Below the pieces are notes generated by a model. That model was not told the origin of the DNA. It did not search any database and worked only from the letters and a program-made list of their open reading frames with translations. A program made the position numbers and the translations under genes. Positions 37,001 to 48,879 of a stretch of DNA of 64,000 nt are shown here, piece by piece (the stretch's first letter is position 1; each line of letters starts with the position of its first letter). Origin of the DNA: Macrostomum lignano (taxonomy: Eukaryota); the NCBI GenBank assembly GCA_002269645.1, contig NIVC01000874.1, positions 1 through 64,000 on the forward strand, given 5' to 3'.

Positions 37001-37740
37001 ATAGTCTGGTCATTGGTGCAGCTAGTCTGGTCATTGGTGCAGCTATAGTCTGGTCATTGGTGCAGCTATAGTCTGGTCATTGGTGCAGCTAGTCTGGTCA
37101 TTGGTGCAGCTAGTCTGGTCATTGGTGCAGCTAGTCTGGTCATTGGTGCAGCTAGTCTGGTCATTGGTGCAGCTAGTCTGGTCATTGGTGCAGCTAGTCT
37201 GGTCATTGGTGCAGCTAGTCTGGTCATTGGTGCAGCTAGTCTGGTCATTGGTGCAGCTAGTCTGGTCATTGGTGCAGCTAGTCTGGTCATTGGTGCAGCT
37301 AGTCTGGTCATTGGTGCAGCTAATCTGGTCATTGGTGCAGCTAGTCTGGTCATTGGTGCAGCTAGTCTGGTCATTGGTGCAGCATCCCCTTGTTTTACTT
37401 CCCTCTCAGGACGTGTTCATAATCGACAACGGTCATGAGATCTACGTCTACGTCGGCGAGAACGCGTCTCCCGACGAGATTCACAACGCGCTCACCTACG
37501 CTCATGTGAGTGAATCAGTCAATTCTATTGCTGTTTCTAAAAATAGAAACATTTTATTTGCGATGACTAACTACACTACTGTCAGTAGCGAGCAAAACAT
37601 TTAACAACAAAATTTGCCGTCCGAAACCGAATTCGCAGAAATACGCCAACGAGCTGTCCAACCCGCTGCTGCCGCTGACTGTCGTGAACAGCAAGGCGCC
37701 CGCCCGCACCCGCAGAGCCTTCGAGTCCGTCTTTGACTAG
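34007..37740 (+). CDS. Three-domain gelsolin/severin-like actin-severing protein, 8 exons, about 375 aa
   Basis: Exons 34007-34085, 34529-34608, 34685-35068, 35622-35819, 36698-36804, 36883-36964, 37410-37505 and 37639-37740 join in frame (1128 nt, TAG). Motifs: YSWKDTNLALFGSD, WRIEQFKV, FFDGDSYIVL, HFWIG, AAYKTVELD, QHREVQGHES, DVYILD, DVFIID. AATAAA at about 37994. Confidence 0.93.
34172..34490. repeat. 15-16-bp minisatellite (CCAGGTAAAAGTGTY) in gelsolin intron 1
   Basis: Seen directly. Confidence 0.95.
35371..35547. repeat. 38-bp minisatellite with internal palindrome, about 4.7 units, gelsolin intron 3
   Basis: GTGCATTCACCTGTTCACAGGTGCACCGTCACCTACTC starting at 35371, 35409, 35447, 35485 and 35523. 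Confidence 0.95.
35900..36595. repeat. Degenerate TTCAACCCC-based repeat, gelsolin intron 4
   Basis: Seen directly. Confidence 0.95.
36977..37383. repeat. 21-bp minisatellite GCTAGTCTGGTCATTGGTGCA, gelsolin intron 6
   Basis: Seen directly. Fills nearly the whole intron. Confidence 0.97.
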
Positions 37741-38138
37741 CGCGGCCTCGCCAGTCTCTGTCTCTGAACAAAATGATTTTTCTCCCCAGCTAATTGATCC
37801 ACTGACAAGATTTTATCCGCCTAAAAAGTTCCCCAGTAACAGTTTCTCTGTAGCCCCTTAAAGTGCAATACTTGGTGCGCTCTGTCGCACTGAATTTATT
37901 TTATTCAAGATTACCCGTTCTTACTGATTAAGACCCACGTTCTGAGTTTTGAGCTGTTATACCTTTCTGAGCTAAGTGGCTTCTACGAGCTTAAATAAAA
38001 AAAATCATAAATAATGCCGCCAGTTTTCCCTATAGTCTGTTGCTAAATCATTCCTTGGTGCGTTGAAGCACAAAGAAAAATTAGTTTTTGAAATCTTTTT
38101 TCTTAGAAAAAAACTTTTTTATTCAGCTGTACAGTAAA

Positions 38139-38432
38139 GCGGGTCGTAGCCGAGTGGTCAGAGCGTCGGAGTCACGACTTGAAGGTCGAGGGTTCGATTC
38201 CCGATTCCATTGGAACGATTTGTGTCTTTGAGTAAGACGCTAAATTCTGCATTGTCAGTTCACCCAGCTGTAAAATGGGTGCCAGCATTAGCTGGGGTAA
38301 TTGAGGGTGTGTGGCGACCCCACAGTCCATGGACTGAACAGCCGTACTCAGCTTTCAGATGCGCCGCGCGGCTGAGCTGTCGGTTGCGCATCTGGTCCCA
38401 TTGGGGCAGGTGAAATCAATTATTATTATTAT
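38139..38432 (+). mobile_element. tRNA-derived SINE with CORE-like central domain
   Basis: A box TAGCCGAGTGG, B box GGTTCGATTCC, central GTGTCTTTGAGTAAGAC...CAGCTGTAAAATGGG (MIR/CORE-like), (ATT)n tail, and a flanking duplication TCAGCTGTACAG (38123-38134, 38434-38445). Confidence 0.85.
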
Positions 38433-38439
38433 ATCAGCT

Positions 38440-39055
38440 GTACAGACAGACAGTAATACAGTCAGTACTGACAGCAATGACAGCATTGACAGACAGTACT
38501 GACAGCAATGACAGCATTGACAGACAGTACTGACAGCAATGACAGCATTGACAGACAGTACTGACAGCAATGACAGCATTGACAGACAGTACTGACAGCA
38601 ATGACAGACAGTACTGACAGCAATGACAGACAGTACTGACAGCAATGACAGACAGTACTGACAGTAATGACAGACAGTACTGACAGCAATGACAGACAGT
38701 ACTGACAGCAATGACAGACAGTACTGACAGCAATGACAGACAGTACTGACAGCAATGACAGACAGTACTGACAGCAATGACAGACAGTACTGACAGCAAC
38801 GACAGACAGTACTGATAGCTATGACAGACAGTACTGACAGCTATGACAGACAGTACTGATAGCTATGACAGACAGTACTGATAGCTATGACAGACATAAC
38901 TGATAGCTATGACAGACAGTACTGATAGCTATGACAGACAGTACTGACAGCTATGACAGACAGTACTGACAGCAACGACAGACAGTACTGATAGCTATGA
39001 CAGACAGTACTGATAGCTATGACAGACAGTACTGACAGTATTGACAGACAGTATA
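38440..39055. repeat. 22-bp minisatellite GACAGACAGTACTGACAGCAAT with 32-bp variants
   Basis: Seen directly. Confidence 0.95.
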
Positions 39056-39549
39056 GTGGACTTTTAACCTTCTCGCGTGATCCGTCTTCCACTGCACCGA
39101 GTATTCCGGGTAGGCACATCGCGCTCCCCCCCCCCGTGAGGGAGCCAAGTTCTCAAGTTATCAGAGCGGATGCTGAGTAGGAGAGCTCTGGCGAATAATT
39201 TATGAGATCGGGTATTTGCGCCGCCAGGTGAGGCTGAGATATACAGGCTCATCGGTAATGTTTGCTCAAGCAAAACCACTTTAGCAGCGAGCTGCCCCAT
39301 CGTAAAAAATGAGTTCAGATGCTACATTCGAACTCAAGCAGCCCTCGATGGGGCGCCTCAGCTGCCGTCCCAGATGCGCATCCGAGTCTAAATTTGTGTT
39401 CAGTTGATTTACGACTGACATCCTTGAGGCTGATCGCTTTTGAGTGAATTCATCCTGGATCTGAGCGAGAGATGGCCTGATCGCACAAACTCGCCTTGTT
39501 TGATGCACCTGGGATGCTTTGTTGATATTCGCACAGTGATCAGTGAAGA

Positions 39550-40424
39550 GTGCAGATCATGTGGCTCAAGGCTCAGACTGTGTATGCAGATCATGTGGCT
39601 CAAGACTCAGACTGTGTGTGCAGATCATGTGACTCAAGGCTCAGACTGTGCGTGCAGATCATGTGGCTCAAGACTCAGACTGTGTGTGCAGATCATGTGA
39701 CTCAAGGCTCAGACTGTGTGTGCAGATCATGTGACTCAAGGCTCAGCTGTGTGTGCAGATCATGTGGCTCAAGACTCAGACTGTGCGTGCAGATCATGTG
39801 ATTAAGACTGTGCGTGCAGATCATGTGGCTCAAGACTCAGACTGTGCGTGCAGATCATGTGATTAAGACTGTGCGTGCAGATCATGTGATTAAGACTGTG
39901 CGTGCAGATCATGTGATTAAGACTGTGCGTGCAGATCATGTGGCTCAAGACTCAGACTGTGCGTGCAGATCATGTGATTAAGACTGCGTGTGCAGATCAT
40001 GTGGCTCAAGACTCAGACTGTGTGTGCAGATCATGTGACTCAAGGCTCAGACTGTGTGTGCAGATCATGTGACTCAAGGCTCAGACTGTGTGTGCAGAGC
40101 ATGTGACTCAAGGCTCAGACTGTGTGTGCAGATCATGTGACTCAAGGCTCAGACTGTGTGTGCAGAGCATGTGACTCAAGGCTCAGCTGCGTGTGCAGAT
40201 CATGTGACTCAAGGCTCAGACTGTGCGTGCAGATCATGTGACTCAAGGCTCATGCTGTGCATTCAGCGCAGGTGACTTAAGGCTCATGCTGTGCATTCAG
40301 CGCAGGTGACTCAAGGCTCATGCTGTGCATTCAGCGCAGGTGACTCAAGGCTCATGCTGTGCATTCAGCGCAGGTGACTCAAGGCTCATGCTGTGCATTC
40401 AGCGCAGGTGACTCAAGGCTCAGG
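39550..40424. repeat. About 34-bp minisatellite (GTGCAGATCATGTGACTCAAGGCTCAGACTGTGT) grading into a related 34-bp unit
   Basis: Seen directly. The unit changes to GTGCATTCAGCGCAGGTGACTCAAGGCTCATGCT after about 40250. Confidence 0.93.
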
Positions 40425-40952
40425 CTACACCTGTATACTAGGTGACACAATCGGCCACGTTCAGCTCGCTCAAAAAGGCTTTTGTAAGTACGGGCGTACT
40501 TGGATTCAAGAGCACTCTATTCTGGCTAAACTCAACTCAGCTAAAAACAACCTCAACTGTCTGAAATTACTAAGCCAAGAAAACAAAAGGCGTGGAGGCT
40601 CTTTTCTATCGCAAGCAACGGCAGCTCTTACCTGTAAATTTCAAGTCTAAAAATAAAAGGAAAAGCAAGTAAGGCAGTGCGCTACACACGCCTGCAGTGC
40701 AGTGTGTGCCCGCATTCACCCGCTGCCACCCCCTCATTGTACGCCGGGCCAGCCCATTGGGAAACTGCAATAATAAGCAGGGCTGGGCTGTACAACTCAG
40801 AGAACACACTCTGATGACCTCATTACTAAAATAACACTACTTCGCCTGAGGGGAACAGCAGAGAGATAGAGACAAGATAGACTGAGCCACTAAGCCTCCA
40901 CTCACAGCAAAACAGCCCTTCAAACCGCCTGCCCAGCCAACTTTGCCCCAAG

Positions 40953-43900
40953 ATGCTCAATGGCCACTCTTCCAGACAGCCGGGCAACGATTATTTTCAC
41001 GGCGACTCGGCCGTCAGCGAGTTCTCGCTGCACTTGGACTCAACTGAGCCGGCAGCCGCTGCCGCAGCTGTACTCGTCTTCCGGCCCGGCCAGCAGCTCA
41101 CCGGCCGAGTCCGCCTGCGGCTGCTGCGTCCGCTGAAGGTGCGCAATCTCGACCTGGTGGTGCGCGGCTGCGGCCATGTCGGCTGGGGCCTCGGCGGCGG
41201 CCATTTCGTTCAAGACGATGAGGTGTACATCAACGACATAGCCGAGCTGGTGGCCACGGGGCCTGGCGAGGTCGTGACGCTGCAGGCCGGAGAGCACGAG
41301 TTCCCCTTCTCCAGCCGCCTGCCGCACCACCTGCCATCGACTTTCACCGGCAGCTGCGGCAGCGTGGCCTACTCAGCCAAGGCCGTCATGCAGGCCGATG
41401 GCGACGCACACGGTCCTTGGAGCGCTGTTAAGGCGTTCAGCGTCGAGAGCCTTCTGGAGCTAGAAGATCACTCCGAGTTGATGCAGCCCTGTATTGTTGA
41501 CGCCCGAATGGCGATTGGCGGCAGCAGGTGCGTCAAGGCCTCCCTGTCGCTGCCGCGGCGGGTGTACGCTCCAAGCGAGTACATCAAGATTGACGCCACC
41601 GTGAACAACCGGTCGCGGAAGGCCATCAGCCGGCTGTGCGTCGGGCTGATGATGGAGTGCCTGTACCAAGCTGGGGGGCAGCAGCAGCACCGGGAGACCC
41701 TGCTGGTCACCGACAGGACCGACGAATACCGCATCGGCCACTTGGAGGGTAATCGAGTGACTGGCTGAGCTGGTAGGGGAGTGACTGGTTGAGCTGGTAG
41801 GGGAGTGACTGGCTGAGCTGGTAGGGGAGTGACTGGCTGAGCTGGTAGGGGAGTGACTGGCTGAGCTGGTAGGGGAGTGACTGGCTGAGCTGGTAGAGGA
41901 GTGACTGGCTGAGCTGGTAGAGGAGTGACTGGCTGAGCTGGTAGGGGAATGACTGGCTGAGCTGGTAGGGGAGTGACTGGCTGAGCTGGTAGGGGAGTGA
42001 CTGGCTGAGCTGGTAGGGGAGTGACTGGCTGAGCTGGTAGGGGAGTGACTGGCTGAGCTGGTAGGGGAGTGACTGGCTGAGCTGGTAGGGGAGTGACTGG
42101 CTGAGCTGGTAGGGGAGTGACTGGCTGAGCTGGTAGGGGAGTGACTGGCAGAGCTAGTTTGGGATCGGACGAGTCTGTTTGATTCTATCAAAAATTCTGT
42201 AACTACTTTACAATCAACCGCCAGAGATCTGGTAGCCTGTCAGAGAGTGATTAGCTCAGAAGCTGGCTGAGGGAAAAAGTCACGTTAGGAGGTTTGTGAT
42301 TTGCATCCCGATTCAGCGCAGCTTTCTTTTTTCGCTCTGATGCCTCAGTTGAGTAATTGCTTGTCGCGTGTATTTGGACCAGCTAGCAGATCTCGCCCAC
42401 GTTTTCCACGCAGCATCAAGATGCAGCCGAGCGAGTCAGCCTCCCTCATACACTTAATAAGCATCGCCAGTAATTGTTATCCCGCTTAGTCTGGCGATGA
42501 GGCTGTTGGCGCTGTGAAGCTGCCCCCCCCCCTGTGATGTTTGGGCGCCGCCCCCCGCTGTGAAAAGCCCGAATTCTGCTGGCTGCTGTTCGGTTTTCCC
42601 GCTGTCTGGGGACTTCGCCAGCACCGTGAGCTGCTGCTGCTTGCTAATTGCAGCGCGCCTCTTCCCAGAGGTGACGACTTTTTGTCCCTAAGCGCACACA
42701 GAGAGTCCAGGGAAAGCGGCTCCCCTCCCTTCCTGTAGCGAAAGCAGCAGCAGCTGGGATCCTGGCTTAGGCCTGAGCGCGGTGTTGCCAGGGCCTGCTA
42801 AAAATTGTCAGCGCTTGTGTCGAGGCAGAAATTCTCCCCACCCCCCTTTTAGTCCAGGAAAGATGTTTACTTCCGTCTGACATGATGGGAATTGTCAGTC
42901 TATGCATCCCGGCAGGCCTTGTCTCATCGAGAGCCACTCGTGGCGCAGAAGTTCTCAAGAGATTGGCAGGGAATGAATGAATCGATATGAATGGAGACTC
43001 CCGTCCCGGATGAGATTCGGGTAGCTAAATCTGAGACTTAATCGCGCGTTCTCTCAAGTCAAAAGCAGCCCGAGTTTCTTGGAGTCAGTTCTCAGGCAGC
43101 AAGGCCTCCACCTGAACTTTGTGGGATTGCAGGCGATTCGCGATCCCTTGAAAACAGATTCCTTCATCATATAGCAACAGCTGTAGGAACTGCTCCAAGA
43201 AAAGACTTCAAGTCAGGGGTCGGCAAACTCCGGCCCGCGAAGCCTCTCAATCCGGCCCTCGGGTCCTTTGAGACTTTAAAATAGCAATCCGGCCCTCGGG
43301 TCCTTTGAGACTTTAAAATAGCAATCCAGCCCTCGGGTCCTTTGAGACTTTAAAATAGCAATCCGGCCCTCGGGTCCTTTGAGACTTTAAAATAGCAATC
43401 CGGCCCTCGGGTCCTTTGAGACTTTAAAATAGCAATCCGGCCCTTGGGTCCTTTGAGACTTTAAAATGGCAATCCGGCCCTCGGGTCCTTTGAGACTTTA
43501 AAATAGCAATCCGGCCCGCTCAAGGTTTATGTCTCTTCTCTCCTCTCTCCTCTTTTCCCTCTCCTCTTTTCTCTCCCCTCTCTTCTCTCTCCACTCTCTT
43601 CTCTCCTCTCTCCTCTTTTCCCTCTCCTCTTTTCTCTCCCCTCTCTTCTCTCTCCACTCTCTTCTCTCCTCTCTCCTCTCTTCTCTTTCCCCTCTCCTCT
43701 TTTCTCTCCCCTCTCTCTTCCATCTTCTCTCTCTTCTCCCCCTCTCCTCTCCTCTCTTGCTCTCTCTCCTCTTTTCTCTCTCTTCTCTCCCCTCTCCTCT
43801 ACTCGTATCTGCTGCATTTTCTCTCATCTAATCTCTCGCTTCTCCTCTCTTCTCTCCTCTCTCATTTTCTACAAGCTCGCATTCCCTCTCCTTCTGCTCT

Positions 43901-45525
43901 CATCTGGCCCGCTGCCATGAGCTGGTTTCTTTATCTGGCCTTGAGGTAAATAAGTTTGCCGAGCCCTGCTCTAAGCCCATTTTCGACCGCATTTTTGAGA
44001 TTCAAAGCACCTCCCGGACACTAATTAGTGACCTTGGGACTTCTGGCCTGTAGGAGGACGGAACCACATGGTTGCCCGCACACTCTTGGCCTGTAATCCA
44101 GTCCGCCTGCCTCTCTCCAGTGTTCTTCATCCAGTGCGAGGTCCTTAACCTCTATCCCTCTCTGCTACCCCACTGCTAACTCTGCCCGTCCCGTACTTTA
44201 AGCAGTATTGAGGCCGTAGACTTGCATGTCCGTAGGGCTGGAAAATGTTCGTTTCTTTGAAAATCTTTCAAGGCAGGCGTTTTATTGGAGGCAGGTTTTA
44301 GAGGCTCATCTTTTATGATGACCTACCCGTTTTATTGATTAATTGACTTTTGCACAGCCTTTTTAGTCTTAGTTTACTGAGTCCTACTCAGCTAGGTCGT
44401 CCTTGATTGAGACCCACTTGCACCACAGCTGACAGGCCGGAGCTCGCCTCTCAACTGCTGGATTAATGCCAGCGTCTCAGATAACTCGTGGCTTACCGAA
44501 TTCCATATTCAGTTCTGTTTGCCAACCCCACAGGAACACGCGGGACAGTGTCTGGAATCCCCACAAAAACACAAGGGACAGTGTCTGGCATTCCCACAGG
44601 AACACACGGGACAGTGTCTGGCATTCCCACAGGAACACACGGGACAGTGTCTGGCATTCCCACAGAAACACACGGGACAGTGTCTGGCATTCCCACAGGA
44701 ACACACGGGACAGTGTCTGGCATTCCCACAGAAACACACGGGACAGTGTCTGGCATTCCCACAGGAACACACGGGACAGTGTCTGGCATCCCCACAGGAA
44801 CACACGGGATTCCTAATGGGCAGATGTGCAACCGGCAGCTTAGCCGCAGCGATTGCGGGACTGGGGGGGGGTCACCACACACACCCTCAATTTCCCCAGC
44901 TAATGCTGGCACCCATTTTACAGCTGGGTGAACTGAACTGAGCAACGCAGAGTTGAGTGCCTTACTCAAGAACACAAGTTGTTCGGAGTGGATCGAGAAT
45001 CGAACCCCCGACCTTTCAGTCATGAGTCCAACGCTCTGACCGCTAGGCTACAATTGTGCTGATTTTGGGGAAGCGACTATCGAATAGAGAATATTCGAAT
45101 GGCAGAGAAACAATTGAATAATTTTAGCAAGCCAGACCCGGATCTCCCCTGCCCTCCCTCCCCCAGCCCGGCGCTGGCACAACGTCCGCCTGCGGATCCC
45201 TCGGCCGGTCCCGCCGTCAGGGCTGCCGCACTGCCGCCTGGCCAGCGTCAGCTACTCGCTGCTGTTCCGCGCCGAGGTCGAGGGCTGCGCCAAGGACCTC
45301 AACCTGCGGGTGCCGCTCGTGGTGGGCGCCAGCCGTGGGAACGCGGAGCCCGAGGAGCCGCAGCCGGCTGCAGATGCTGTCCATCGGCTCGTCCGGCGCT
45401 CCAGCAGCAACTTCCAGCCCATTGGCAGCACGGAGAAGCTGCGACCGAGCTCCGGGTACCTGCTGTTCGACCCCGCTGCTGACGGCGGCGCTGACGTCCT
45501 CCATGCAGCCGACAGCCTCTACTGA
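40953..45525 (+). CDS. Alpha-arrestin (arrestin-domain containing, ARRDC-like) protein, 2 exons, about 384 aa
   Basis: Exons 40953-41748 and 45167-45525 join in phase 1 (1155 nt). Motifs: LQAGEHEFPFSSRLPHHLPSTFTGSCGSVAY, LPRRVYAPSE, IPRPVPPSGLPHCRLASVSYSL, LRVPLVVG. Confidence 0.88.
41757..42156. repeat. 24-bp minisatellite GTGACTGGCTGAGCTGGTAGGGGA, arrestin intron
   Basis: Seen directly. Starts 8 bp after the donor site. Confidence 0.97.
43214..43968. mobile_element. Non-autonomous hAT-type MITE with internal 37-bp tandem array and CT-rich tract
   Basis: TIR CAGGGGTCGGCAAACT / AGTTTGCCGAGCCCTG. Flanks CTTCAAGT and CTCTAAGC match at 5 of 8 positions. The 37-bp unit repeats about 7 times at 43250-43515. 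Confidence 0.75.
44520..44810. repeat. 33-bp minisatellite GGCATTCCCACAGGAACACACGGGACAGTGTCT
   Basis: Seen directly. Confidence 0.95.
44811..45056 (-). mobile_element. Second copy of the tRNA/CORE-like SINE
   Basis: The reverse complement aligns with 38139-38400 (TAGCCTAGCGGTCAGAGCG, GGTTCGATTC, CAGCTGTAAAATGGGTGCCAGCATTAGCTGGG). Confidence 0.85.
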
Positions 45526-46301
45526 TCGGAGCTGACGGGCTCAAGTAGGGTGCCACACCGGAAATCCATGCAGTTTTTGTCGCAGCCGATTTCTGATCCA
45601 AACTGTCTTAACCATTTTTTTCATTTTTCAGCTTTTTAGGTCAGCTGGTGCAAGTTGGTCTTTCTTTCCAACGTTGATTGACAGTTACTTAAGGCAGAAT
45701 ATTTATTCTCTATGCAAGCCGCAAGCTGAACAAGCTCAATCTGACTGCCAATCTTTCCAAAATCTGGTTAAGAATAACAGAAATTTAATTCTCACGAGTC
45801 AACCTCAACCATAAGCTGCTCATGCTGTGCTGTAGGCACAGAGTATCAAAAATTACCTGCCGAAAAGTGGCATCGTTCATTCTGCAGTGCATCGGTTGTT
45901 TTTCTGATCTGCTTTCGCTAGTTTTTGCTATTAATTGTAGGCGATTCATATCTGTATTCCCCCCCAGCTCCCATCATCGTGTGGCTGCGGGTGCCTCATC
46001 ACCCTGCTCACTCAAGTGTGCTTGGTTATTATTATTAATGGAAAATATATACAGAGCATGAGCAGAATTTTCCCTTTGCCTGACAATAAAAGTCTCTATT
46101 AATATTCCTGATGGATGAAAAACTGAAGGCAGACACGGCGGCCTGAGTGCCGCTTTGCATCAGCTTGAGTCTGCCGGAAAAACAAAAGCTTTCAGCCGCT
46201 AGGAGGGGAGGTGAGAGACAGAGCGGCGGGGTTTTCTGGGACTCAGACTGGGATTTGAATTGTTAGCTGTGTCTGAGAGATCCCAGATATTTGGAAGGCA
46301 C

Positions 46302-46791
46302 CACCGCTCAGCATGGGGAGAGTGCCATTGCTCAGCATGGGGAGAGTGCCATTGCTCAGCATGGGGAGAGTGCCATTGCTCAACATGGGAGAGTGCCATT
46401 GCTCAGCATGGGGAGAGTGCCATTGCTCAGCATGGGGAGAGTGCCATTGCTCAGCATTGGGAGAGTGCCATTGCTCAGCATGGGGAGAGTGCCATTGCTC
46501 AGCATTGGGAGAGTGCCATTGCTCAGCATGGGGAGAGTGCCATTGCTCAGCATGGGGAGAGTGCCATTGCTCAACATGGGGAGAGTGCCATTGCTCACCA
46601 TGGGGAAAGCACCACCGCTCAGCATTGAGAGAGTGCCATTGCTCAGCATGGGGAGAGTGCCATTGCTCAGCATGGGGAGAGTGCCATTGCTCAGCATGGG
46701 GAGAGTGCCATTGCTCAGCATGGGGAGAGTGCCATTGCTCAGCATGGGGAGAGTGCCATTGCTCAGCATGGGGAGAGTGCCATTGCTCAGC
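46302..46791. repeat. 24-bp minisatellite GCTCAGCATGGGGAGAGTGCCATT
   Basis: Seen directly. Confidence 0.97.
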
Positions 46792-47250
46792 TACAATGTT
46801 CCCCTATGGGCCCCCATAGCTGGGGTAAAGACTGCAGTTCTCAAAGTACTTTTATTTTCCGTGAGCGGTTGACCGGGCAACGCCGCCTCCGCAAGCAGCT
46901 CCGCCCTCGCATTGAGAGCCGGGGTGGAGACCCAAAACTCCAGGATGTGTGGGGGCGTGCAGAATGCGGGTTATTTAATTCCTGCTCAGTGCGGGTCTTC
47001 CTCAGCTGGGCTCTCAGTTCTTTTTCTGAAGCTGCTTCAATAGTAAGATTATTTATAGCCGAGTTTCACAAGGCGGATTAAATCAGACAGAGTTTACCAA
47101 CACCATAGCCTGAGTTCCGAGCGTCTGCGGGTTTCTTTGAAGCCTTTTAAACGAATGCAATTTAAAGAGAATCTTCAGCCAGGAAAGTGTAGTAGATTTT
47201 GTTCCATGTGCGTTGCTTTTGAGACAAAATTTGAGCTGTCGATGCTTTTG

Positions 47251-48181
47251 AGCTCCGGTAACAGACAGCTCCGGTCACAGACAGCTCCGGTCACAGACAG
47301 CTCCGGTCACAGACAGCTCCGGTCACAGACAGCTCCGGTCACAGACAGCTCCGGTCACAGACAGCTCCGGTCACAGACAGCTCCGGTCACAGACAGCTCC
47401 GGTCACAGACAGCTCCGGTCACAGACAGCTCCGGTCACAGACAGCTCCGGTCACAGACAGCTCCGGTCACAGACAGCTCCGGTCACAGACAGCTCCGGTC
47501 ACAGACAGCTCCGGTCACAGACAGCTCCGGTCACAGACAGCTCCGGTCACAGACAGCTCCGGTCACAGACAGCTCCGGTCACAGACAGCTCCGGTCACAG
47601 ACAGCTCCGGTCACAGACAGCTCCGGTCACAGACAGCTCCGGTCACAGACAGCTCCGGTCACAGACAGCTCCGGTCACAGACAGCTCCGGTCACAGACAG
47701 CTCCGGTCACAGACAGCTCCGGTCACAGACAGCTCCGGTCACAGACAGCTCCGGTCACAGACAGCTCCGGTCACAGACAGCTCCGGTCACAGACAGCTCC
47801 GGTCACAGACAGCTCCGGTCACAGACAGCTCCGGTCACAGACAGCTCCGGTCACAGACAGCTCCGGTCTCAGACAGCTCCGGTCACAGACAGCTCCGATC
47901 ACAGACAGCTCCGGTCACAGACAGCTCCGGTCACAGACAGCTCCGGTCACAGACAGCTCCGGTCACAGACAGCTCCGGTCACAGACAGCTCCGGTCACAG
48001 ACAGCTCCGGTCACAGACAGCTCCGGTCACAGACAGCTCCGGTCACAGACAGCTCCGGTCACAGACAGCTCCGGTCACAGACAGCTCCGGTCACAGACAG
48101 CTCCGGTCACAGACAGCTCCGGTCTCAGACAGCTCCGGTCACAGACAGCTCCGATCACAGACAGCTCCGGTCACAGACAGC
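47251..48181. repeat. 16-bp minisatellite CCGGTCACAGACAGCT, about 58 almost perfect units
   Basis: Seen directly. Explains ORF 47137-48240. Confidence 0.98.
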
Positions 48182-48879
48182 TTCCGCTCAAGCTGCAGGT
48201 CGTTCAAGCAATTCCTAAAGTACAAAAGGACCTCCCTTGAGTTTGGTGAGAGAGTATTCCGGCCACATGGGAGCTCTTTTGATGAAGGCATTCAGGATGA
48301 TTTTGCGTTCGCCAGTGAGTCGATCGATAGGCCCTGAACAAAGAGAAAGCTAAGAAGCCGAAAGCCAGTGATGATCGGGTCAGGCGGTTGCCGAGTTCGC
48401 AAAACCCGGAACGCTCAGCTGATCGATTCGGCAGCGAGGGCGGGAAGAAATGCGAGCTCCCGCCGTTTCCTGGCGTTTGCTTTCGAGTTGGCAGCTGGGG
48501 GCAGGCTGAGTAAAGGGGCAGTGGGTGAAGGGTGGGGGGCAGCCAAGCAAGCCAGCAAGCCAAGCTGCAACGGGTTTCCTCCGCAGCTAATGTCAGACAG
48601 TTAATGCGTTGGCTAAGGACTGCCTCTCGAATTGCCCGTATAATTTAATCAACAAAAGTTAATCAGAGTTGCGGAGGAGGCAGGCAGCCGGGGCGGGGCG
48701 GGTGAGTGCAGAGTATGAAAATAACACGGCGGACAGGGCAGAGAGTGCTGACAACAGCTAATATTGCATGTACAGAGCCGGCTGCGCCTCAGCTCTCTCT
48801 GCTGCACCCTGGCGCGGCTCAGGCCCAAGTGCTGCAGGGTTGGCACCCAGCTAAACTCGGTGGGTGAGCGGCGACACCG

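Noticed and set aside
38139-38215. tRNA-like sequence (also 44985-45056)
   Set aside because: It has A and B boxes but no convincing acceptor stem, and it continues into a shared SINE body and tail.
43250-44810. 33-38-bp repeats of CRISPR-like length (also 35371 and 39550)
   Set aside because: The units are head-to-tail with no unique spacers, there are no cas genes, and the context is eukaryotic.
47137-48240. 367-aa ORF of SSGHRQLRSQTAPVTD repeats
   Set aside because: It is three phases of a stop-free 16-bp minisatellite, with no non-repeat coding context or splice support.
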